Source: Eledone cirrhosa (taxonomy: Eukaryota). From it: 64,000 bases of DNA. The DNA lies in contig OZ024740.1 of the NCBI GenBank assembly GCA_964016885.1, forward strand, positions 65,162,001 to 65,226,000, written 5' to 3'. A program made the position numbers and the translations under genes. Positions 54,422 through 64,000 of this stretch are shown in pieces (the stretch's first letter is position 1; each line of letters opens with the position of its first letter). The notes below the pieces were generated by a model that did no database searches, was not told where the DNA came from, and saw only the letters and a list, made by a program, of their open reading frames with translations.

Positions 54422-55069
54422 CGTTGGAATACTTTTGAGGAGGTGGTCGAAAATTTGTATCACAATTTTCCTGCCAAAATAAGAAAGAATCGCCCATATA
54501 ATATTTGAGGATATTGTTTAAATATATTTACAATGTGTTTCCGATAGTAGTAGTGAGTGATTGAAAAAGTTTTGCTTGTGGTATCTCATTACTAAACTGC
54601 CGTATGTGGTGTCTATCTTCGTTACCAGTGATTGTCTAAATATATATAATTAAGTTTACATATATTACACACATACGAACTCACAGACACACACATACAC
54701 ATACACACAGACTCACAGAAACACTTAGCCCCATATATATTTATATATATACATACATACATATGCCAGTCATATTGTCCTAATATATTTAGAGAGATTT
54801 GATCATTTAGAACACAGGTTCTCAACCCATTTATGCCAAACGCCCCCTTTTGTCCCTCAAAATCACGAAACGCATCCTACCCTCTTTTTCCATTTTTCAA
54901 TATACTACTGATTTTGATATCAGTAGATTACTGAAAATTTAACAATATTCCAAAGATACCATTGCAGGCAGCTGAGAGTATAAATACATTCCTTGAAAGG
55001 AAATATATAAACTTCAAAAAAAGGAACATAAATGTTCTTTTTTATGAATAAGGACCAGTTGAATTTGTT

Positions 55070-58034
55070 ACCACATTTGTAAACACTGTACCCACAACCT
55101 CTGACCATAAAAAACTGAAAAATTTCTGGGGAACTAAATCAGAACACCCTGCCATCCCCTGCACACAATCATATACTGGAATCAAGGTACAAATTGTTGT
55201 CCTTGAATGCACGTAGTCTATGCAATAAGATTCATCTTTTTGACTCCTACGTCAAAAGTATTAACTCTGACTTCATTACAGTCACGGAAACTTGGGCACA
55301 TCCCTTACTCTGTGATGGGGTTTTCAGCATAACTGGCTAAAACCTGTTTCGTAAAGACCGCATTAATCGTGGTGGTGGTGGTGTAATGGTCTACGTTCGG
55401 TCAAATTTGTCGGCAATTCCTTGTATTGATTTGAACAAATCACAGCAGAAATTTTTTTTTCTACGATATATGTATGACCATGTCGTTTACCGTCCCCCTA
55501 ATTACCATCAGGATACTCAACTTTGTGATATCCTCAGAGCTGCTGCCAGGAAAACAGCCACTTATGTTTTTATTGCAGGAGACTTCAATCACCCTGAGAT
55601 TGACTGGGAAACCTTTCGTTGGCCGCCAAGTGCAAATTACTTCCTTGAGATAGTGCTGGACTTGAATTGGTCCCAAGTAGTCACCTCCCCAACAAGAGGT
55701 GACAACACTTGGGACCTATCCTCACCACTACTCCTGAAACGGTCATTGGTGTTACTGCTGAGGAACCTTTAGGTCACTCTGATCATGCTATGATCATTGC
55801 CAATCTATCCCTCATGGGCAGTAACAAGAACCACAACCATTCTCCAAACTGCTCACTTTGACTGGAATAAAGCCGACTCGAACTGTTACTGCACCGAACT
55901 GCAACGTCCAAACTGGCTTGAGTTCTACGACTCTGGAGATGTCAAAATTGTACATCCTGAGCTCAATATGGACAGCATGTGCAGCATCGGGGCCACATAA
56001 GCGGAAACAACATCCCAAAAGTGCAATTTGGAAGACTGCAGCAGTCCGTCTTGCTAGAAAAGAATGTCGCAATGCTGAACGTGAGTACAAACTGCACAAA
56101 TCAGACATCAATAGGAAGAGGCGAAATAAATCGTCCAACCACCTCAAACAGGTGACAAAAATGGCAGTGCCTCAATTCGAGCAGCGCATAGCAACCAGCC
56201 CTGACAGTAAGGTGTTCTGGAAGTATGTTCACTCAAATCAGAGGCCTCACTCTCCAGTTTGTCTTCTTCACAATTCCCACACAAGGTTACTGACGACCCC
56301 AAGGAATGCACAGAGCTCATTGCTGAATGCTATGCAAGCATTTTCACTATTGAATACTAGAGTGTACCGTCTCCACCACCTATGACACAGGACTCTATTA
56401 CAACCTAGGAATTTACACATGCAATGCTGCGACGTCACCTAAAAAATATACGCGACCATGCCTCTCCTGGTCCTGATGGTGTTACGTACCTGCTTCTTAA
56501 ACGTGGTGGGGACTTACTTCTGCACCAGCTATCACGCTTCTTTCAATTCTGTCTGAACAACGGTGCTACTCCAGAACAGTGGAAAACTGCCAGTGTCATT
56601 CCTCCGTTCAAAAAGGTTGACCGCACATCACCTGCGACCTATCGTCCAGGCAGTCTTACTAGTTGCATTGCCAAACTGATGGAATCCTGTGTCAGAGAAA
56701 CACTTTGGAATTTCTGGAACTCTCAGTCTTATCTGGCCCTCGCAATTTGGATTTATCCCCAACTCCAGCTGCTGTGATCAACTTATAGAGTTTCTTGAAG
56801 ACATCACCCGGATCACTGATCGCGGTTCATGGGTGGATGTTGTTTACCTTGACTTTGCGAAAGCTTTAAATTCTGGGCCACACAAAAGTCCTTCATTCTC
56901 AGTCGAAGAGAAGTAGTCACGGTTCTGGGACAGCATTCCTCACCATATGTGATGTCATCTGGTGTACCACAGAGATCTGTTCTTGGCCCCCTTTTGTTTG
57001 TGGCATATATTAATGACATAGATGCCAACTTAAAGAATGCCACAGTACTAAAGTACGCAGATGACATCAAGCTGTACCTTGAGATAAAAAGGACAGATCC
57101 TGAACACTATAGATCTTGCTTGCAGTCTGACCTGGACACAATGCAACAATGGATCTCGGACTGGCAACTCAAGCTAGCTGTGGAGAAGTACACCACCATG
57201 CATTTTGGGAGTAAAGACCCAGCATCCACATACTCTCGCCACAGCACTAATATCAAGAAGTCTTCTTGTGAACGTGACCTGGGCATTACGGTCAGCAGCA
57301 ATTTGCGTTGGACGAAGTACGTCTCTAAAATTGTCAAGAGGGCCGAGGGTGTCTTAGCATCACTCAGCAAGACCTTTGTCAGCCGCTCTCCAGCTATCTA
57401 TTTAAGGCTGTACATGGCTATGGTGCGGCCACACTTAGAACTTGATTCACCAGTCTGGAACCCCTATCTTGCTCAGAACATTCACCGCCTGGAAACTGTT
57501 CAGAGACGTGCAACCAAGTGAATACCCTCCACCAGGCATCTACCATACTCTGAACGCCTTGTTTCCCTGGCCATGGATACATTGAAGTAACGACGCCTGG
57601 TAACTGACGTGGTAAACACCCACAAAATTGTTAACCATCTTGCCAACAACAACCCTGAGTACCTTTTTGATTTCCATGTGTCTAATACACGTGGGCATGC
57701 CCACAAAGTCAGAAAACAGCACAGTTGCCATGACTTTCGGAAGCAATTTTTCACGCTCAGAGTTGCTGAAGCATGGAACAAACTACCTGCATCAGTTGTT
57801 AGCTGTCGAGCCACTGCATCCTTTAAAACCTCCATGCTTCCCGAGATACGCCAACACTACACCTAATGTTCCCCCTCCATACACATATACACATGTATAT
57901 CATGACTCATACACTCTTCACTTATCTGACATTTGTATATTATTCTATGTAATATACATGCACATTTGACGAGTTGTAGTGCACCTGAGCACTTTACACA
58001 ATAATTTCATTATTATTATTATTATTATTATTAT
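55070..58034 (+). mobile_element. CR1-clade LINE ORF2 (APE endonuclease plus RT), decayed, with (ATT)n tail
   Basis: LNARSL.NK, VTETW, RKDR..RGGGGVMVYV, VYRPP, AGDFNHP.IDW, SDH, SPGPDG, SQFGF, YLDFAKA, SGVPQ.SVLGPLLF..YIND, KYADD, VRPHLE..SPVWNPY; several frameshifts and deletions. Confidence 0.92.
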
Positions 58035-61000
58035 TTGCATTTATCTTGCTTTATGTTTATACGAGTTATCACCAAGTCACAACCAGTGACCTCAAGAGAC
58101 AACAAGGTCCGCCATGTTCAAGAAAGAACACACATATTCACACATGCATCCTTAGTGTTTAGACTTGTGATGTACTTATATTGACAGGATCTTCCTTAGT
58201 ATATGGGCAGTTCCCATTAGTACTATCTTTTGTATTTCTCCTATACGCGGGTTTCCTGGGATTTGCGATAAGTAGTCGTTAGACCCCTTAGGTATCATTC
58301 CCAGAGCGCCTACAACCACTGGTATTGTTTTAGTTCTCAATTTCCACATTTTTCCAATTTCTATCTCCAGGTACTTATACTTGCTCAATTTTTCAAATGT
58401 TTTTTATAGATACATTCTTGTCTATTGGAACAGACATATCAATTAGCAGGCATACCCTCCTTTGAAAGTCCTTCAATATTATATCAGGTCTATTTGCATC
58501 TATTTTTCGGTCTGTTTGGATGCTAAAGTTCCACAAGATTGAGATGTGATCTTTTTCAAGTATGGGAGGTGGTTGATGCTCCCACCAATTCTTTTGATGG
58601 GGCAGGTCAAAATGCTTACACATTATCCAATGTATGTATTGTGCAGCTCTGTCATGCCTGTTTAGGTATTCGGTTGGAGCTATAGGACTGCACATTGAAA
58701 TTATATGGTCAATGGTCTCTGGTTGTTTTTTGCATACACGGCATAATGGGCTGCACCCATTTTTTATTATGTTGGCTTGGTAATTTTTTGTTGGCAGACA
58801 CTGATCTTGTGCCGATATAATCAGTCCTTCAGTCTCCGATTTTAGTCCAGAGGATGCCAACCACTGATGGGTTAAAATTTTGTCAACATCAGGATTGTTA
58901 GCTCGCTCTGGGTATTTTCCATACAGAGGCTTTTCTTGCCATTTCTTAGCCAGTTTCTGTAGCAGTTCTTTCTTTGCAGTTACTTTTAACTGCTTTGCTT
59001 TTTCTGTGTTTTCCATTTCAGCAGTAAATGGGACTTCTGAAATTTGTAGTCCATTACTGTATCTTTGTGCATCTTTTGTAATGGAATATGATCTTTTGGT
59101 GCTTTCGTGTTTCAAAACGAGTTTGATCATCCAATCATGTGATTCCCTTAGATATGTGGATAATCCAATTGTTGCAGTTTTCAACGCAATGTCTAACTGG
59201 ATTAACCCACGTCCTCCTTCTTTCCTAGGGAGATATATTCTATCTATGTCTGCCTTAGGGTGATGCATTCTGTGCATGGTTAAGAATTTTCGGATTTTTG
59301 TATCGAGCCTACGGATCTCTGTGCTTGACCAGTTGATGACATTGTAACTGTAGGTTACTACTGGTATGGCAAGCGTGTTTATGGCATCGATCCTATTCCT
59401 TGCATTCAATTCCGTTCTTAAGATTGCACTGACTCTGCGGTAACATTCCTTCCTTATCCTTTCCCTCATTGTCGAGTGCTTGATTCCGTCTCCTTCACAA
59501 ACACCTAGATATTTGTAAGTTTGTTCTTGATCAAGCTCCTTTATCACGTTCCCCCGATCAAGATTAATGTCTGAACTCTTCAGCAGCTTTCCTCTGGTGA
59601 ACGTTGCTTTGGCGCATTTATCCAGTCCAAACTCCATTTTAATGTCATCACTGAACTGCTTCACAGTGGATAATAGCCCTTGCAATTGTTCATCATTTTT
59701 TGCAAATAGTTTCAGGTCATCCATGTAGAACAGGTGATTAATGGTTTTGTCATAGACTCTATATCCATGTTTTGTTTCATTGAGCATTTTACTTAATGGT
59801 ATAAGTGCGATGCAGAATAAAAGCGGTGATAAAGAGTCACCCTGAAAAATTCCACAATTAATGTTAACTTCTCCAGCTTCCAGTGATTTTGTTTCACTAT
59901 TCAAAAGGAGTGTCGTTCTCCATGTCCTCATACTGAATGACAAAAAAACCTCCTGACAACGGGGGATATTTTGAAAATCTCTAAACATTTTTCAATCCAA
60001 CTGTGTGGCAAACTATCAAATGCTTTTTTATAATCTATCCAAGCAATCGATAGATTTTTGTGTCTATTATGACAATCTTCCAGTATCATTTTGTTAACCA
60101 GAAGCTGATCCTTACAGCCATATGAGCCTCGTTTACACCCTTTCTGCTCAATGGGAAATAGGTCATTTGTTATCAGGTAGTCATATGTGTATTCAGTTAG
60201 GACTGATGTTAAAATTTTATACATTGTGGTCAAGCAGGTTATCGGTCTGTAATTTTTGGGATTGTTTGTCTCATCATTCTTCGGTAGCAGGAATGTAATG
60301 CCGTTAACTAGCCATGATGGTATCTTTTCTGGCTCCTTAACTATTTCATTGTAAAGTTGGGCTAATAGCTCATGAGACTCTGTGAAGGCATTTATCCAAA
60401 AGTTTTGTATTTTGTCTTTTCCTGGGGATTTCCATTTGCTGGTTTTTCTTAGAGCCAAGCGCAGCTGTTCAACTGTTATATTTTCCCATGTTTGTTCTTC
60501 AAGGTGAGCTGTTTCTTTCATTTGTCTGTCTATCCATGGGGCATGTATGTTATGAACTTTTTCTTCGGCCCAGATCTTTTCCCAGAATTCTTGCACTTCC
60601 TCCTTGGGTGGTATTGATTTAGCAGTTATTGTTGACTTACCAATTTTTCTGTAGAAGTTTCTTTGGTTGTTTTTGAACATATTATTGTCCTTATAGAATC
60701 TAGATCGTTTTTCAAAGCGCCTTATACGAGCAGCTTTGGCCGACACTTTTTGCTTGATTGTTTCTATCAGCATGTCTATGTCACATGTTGATCTTATACT
60801 GTCCTTTTTTTTCAATTTTCTAAGTTTAGTTTGTTTTACATGTTCACCTACTTTATAGTTTGTTAAAATTTCTATGTCAGATCGGAGAAGGTTTATTTGG
60901 CGATTGATGTTATCTTGCCAAGTAGATTTCTTGTGGGAATTCCTTTGTTTTTTCATCTTCACTCCACATAAGTGAGTGGTGACTTTAGCCGATGCATAAT

Positions 61001-61995
61001 AGAGATGATTTAAGTCAGTAATGTTTAGTTTGTTTGTGATGATAATGTTTTTGAGAATTATGTTAGTCTTGTGTATTATCTTTTGGTTCTGTTTGGAGTT
61101 CTGGATCTTAGGGAGGGTGTCTCGTTCCCCCATGTCAGATTCTTTCATTTTCATCCATTCGATCATAATTTCATCCTTCAAGTTGGCAAGTTCATTCTCA
61201 TTCATTTCTTTATCATTTACGATCTCATTATTTTCATTTGGAGTTTCATCCTGAGCATGCACTCCCTCCACTTTTTCGCTCCTTTCTTTAATTTGTTCTG
61301 TTGCCAGTGATTCCGCCCCAACTCTGGGATTCGAAGTGTTACAGTTTACCTCGTTTTCACTGACACATGCTTCATTTTCCCTTCGCTGACTTTGTGCTAC
61401 TAGCTTGATCTGATCAATTTCTATATCAGTTAGTAACTTTTTTCTTACAATATTTCTTCGTATATTGGCTAGTTTGTTACTGTCAATATAGCCTCTGTTT
61501 TCGGGATGTTTCTTTTTCCAGTTGATATATGTTTGCTCTGTATTCGATGTATTTGATGGGTAGTACATGGCAGTGTAGAAAGCCTCAAGGACTTCTTTAT
61601 TATCTTCCCTTGACCATTTTTCTCTCTTTTTCTTTGGATTTCTTGGTGGTGAGCATGGAGGGCCAACAGTAGGAGTATTCCGGTTATGGGAGGTCTCCAG
61701 CTCCGAAGTGATGGGAAGGTTTGAACCATTAGCTGATTTTTCGACCCCAGTCTGGTTCCTCTCTGAGGGACGCGGCCCTTTTTTACCCGGGTGACGGCCG
61801 ATCCGGTATGAGATTTCATCATTAGACATCTACTTTATTTTGTCGCGTTTTATCCTTATCCGCCAAGGGGTAATCATTTCGTGTTACCACTTCTAGAACG
61901 AGTGTCAACCAAGACTAGAGGGGTCGTTCTCCCCTAGAGACATGGCTATTCCCCGCCGGCCGCCATCCCGGTATTTCTTGGTCACGGGGTTTTCT
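58035..61995 (-). mobile_element. Near full-length R4/Dong-clade RLE non-LTR retrotransposon
   Basis: Single ORF 61829->58176 in three pieces; 3' end runs into (TAA)n; ~165-nt structured 5' UTR. Confidence 0.9.
58176..61829 (-). pseudogene. RT plus CCHC zinc knuckle plus restriction-like endonuclease polyprotein, two frameshifts (~59945, ~58393)
   Basis: Myb-like KW...DN.E...AFY; KSPG.D; NYRPITCL; EQKGC; WIDYKKAFDS.PH; GIFQGDSLSPLLF; YMDDLK; YKYLG; CRVC....ETIDHI...C; RHD; RPDI; KY..L; frameshifts lie at homopolymer runs. Confidence 0.9.
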
Positions 61996-62879
61996 TTTTG
62001 TTGTTTTTTTTAAATTGTTATTATCATGAGTGGTTCCTTAATGTGAGCATTGCGTGGCTTAAGAATGAAATTATTAATAATTGTCTCCACTCCAGGCACA
62101 AGGCCAGCAATCACCCAGTGCATTACAATAATATAATATACATTTTGTTGTAGTTGGCTGTTATTGCTGCTGGCTATGTCGGTGGTGGTGCCGGGGCTTT
62201 TTATATTGTTGGTGAGGAAGGGGTGAGCCAGCAGTCCCATAATTGTTGATGTAGACGTTTGTCCGTGGCAAGGTCACCAAGTCAATCTATTTATATCTTT
62301 TGCTAGCCTCTCTCTTGTCTAGTGCTACCACCACCTTCCCTTTTCTCTCTCAAGTTAACAGGGGAATAGTGTCAGTAGCATTGAATGAGTGGTGGCGGCG
62401 ATGATAGATGTGGTGGGGTGGTGGCAGCGGTGGTGGTGTGGTTACTGATATAGTATCTATGAGTTTGTGTTCGTATGTTTAATATATATTTTCATTATAT
62501 TTTGTGTTGACATATTCCCGTAAAATTTGAATTAAACATTTTTTAAAATTTGAGACAATAATAATAGTAATTATTATTATGATGCCGGTGAAGTTGCCGT
62601 TATATTTAGTGTGATGGGATTGGTGTGTATCAAGTTTCTGGTGTTGGTGAAATTGAAATTGCCGCTGTTCTATATAGTGTAGACAGAGGGTGTTTTGTTC
62701 CATTTATAACCATTTTCTTTTTTTGAATACAAAATATATAATACAAAATTAAATATTTGAGCGATACAACAATATAATATGGATCCGAAACTTTATGGGA
62801 CCTCATTCGGTGCCTTTATGCAACATTTGTGCTAAGAATTGTTCTTTCACAATTGATTTAAATATGTTAACAATCAAAA

Positions 62880-62914
<35 letters not shown>

Positions 62915-62949
62915 GGGTAATTGCTGGCCTTGTGCCTAAAATAGAAACA

Positions 62950-62997
<48 letters not shown>

Positions 62998-64000
62998 GTT
63001 ATTCCTTGAATCTCAGTCATTGATGTTGGTTAACTGGAAAGTCCGTTGGATTGAATATCAAGCCACTACCTGCAGCCTCAGATATTCAGGACGTATCGGA
63101 GGGTTCTTGCTGTTCCAAGCAAGCATGCCTTTTGAAGCGTTCCAAAAACGTGAAGGGGCCGATTTTCTTTAACCATCCCTGGAAACCTTTGGAGATAGTC
63201 CCCAGTGTGCCTATGACAATCGGGATCACTTTGACTTCATGGCAGTTCCAAATCCTTTTCACCTCCCACTTTAGGTCCTGGTATCGGTTAATTTTCTCCC
63301 TCTCCTTCTCTTGCACTCTCGTGTCGAACGGGCAGGCCACATCCACAATCAGGCACGATCTTTTTTCTTTGTTCACAACCACCAGGTCAGGTCTATTGTG
63401 TTCCAGTTTTTGTCCGTCTGTATCCTAAAATCCCACAGCACCTTCACCTGACTGTTCTCCATCACCGCCTCTGGCCTATGCTCATACCATTTCTCAGAAT
63501 GTGGTAGATTGTTTACTTTGCACAGGTGCCAGTGGATCACCCTGCCCATCACATCGTGTCTCCAGCCCTTATAGTGGGTCTGGGCTAGGTGTTTACACTC
63601 GGACACAATGTGAGCCACAGTCTCCTCTCTCTCTCCACAGATCCTGCACAGTGGGCTAGCCTCCTCCTTGTAGATATGGTGCTTCAACCACTTCGTTTTG
63701 AGGGACTGCTCCTGCGCAGCCATTAGCATTCCTTCTGTAGCCTTTTTGAGGTCTCCTCTTCTCAACCAGTTCCATGTCTGTGGATCTCTAAATTCAGTTT
63801 TCTCAAAGAAGGTACTATGAAGGGATTTTCCCTTAAGGCTGCTCTTCCTCCTTGATGTTATTTCCTCCTTGGACATCCCCTGGCCTACTGTCCCCTCCTT
63901 CAGTACAGTTCTGAGCATTGGCTCCTTACTATAGGTCACGTATTTGTATAGGTTGTTTTTCTCCATCTGAACACAGTCCTCTATGCTGATAAGACCTCTT
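62998..64000 (-). mobile_element. Second, divergent R4/Dong-clade element (3' part, runs off window)
   Basis: TEGMLMAAQEQ, CRICG...ETVAHIVSEC, RHD, LWDF.IQTD, RPDL, IVDVACPFD, EK..RY.DL, IPIVIG.LG; (TAA)n tail at 62950-63000. Confidence 0.88.

Overview
This is AT-rich, microsatellite-dense animal genomic DNA. The tRNA/Nin-domain SINE family suggests an octopod cephalopod, which is inference. No host protein-coding gene can be called confidently; there are only a few candidate exons. The window is dominated by retroelements: Penelope-like elements (PLEs; Naiad-, Neptune- and Poseidon-like) with inverted pseudo-LTRs, a decayed CR1-type LINE, a near-complete and a partial R4/Dong-type RLE retrotransposon, RTE and CRE remnants, Helitron-like elements, SINEs and fold-back elements. 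The main signal missed by the ORF track is about 20 minimal type I hammerhead-ribozyme (HHR) motifs. Many have a non-canonical U.U or A.A closure of stem II, long stem II inserts or CCGANGA cores. Some belong to an ORF-less, retrozyme-like family: a 471-nt HHR-delimited unit in a tandem-plus-inverted array at 24.3-26.0 kb, and a covarying sister subfamily forming a ~730-bp palindrome at 36.7-37.5 kb. A third ORF-less tandem-plus-inverted element (~536-nt unit, 52.0-54.2 kb) carries only a degenerate HHR-like junction. All structures were folded and aligned by eye.
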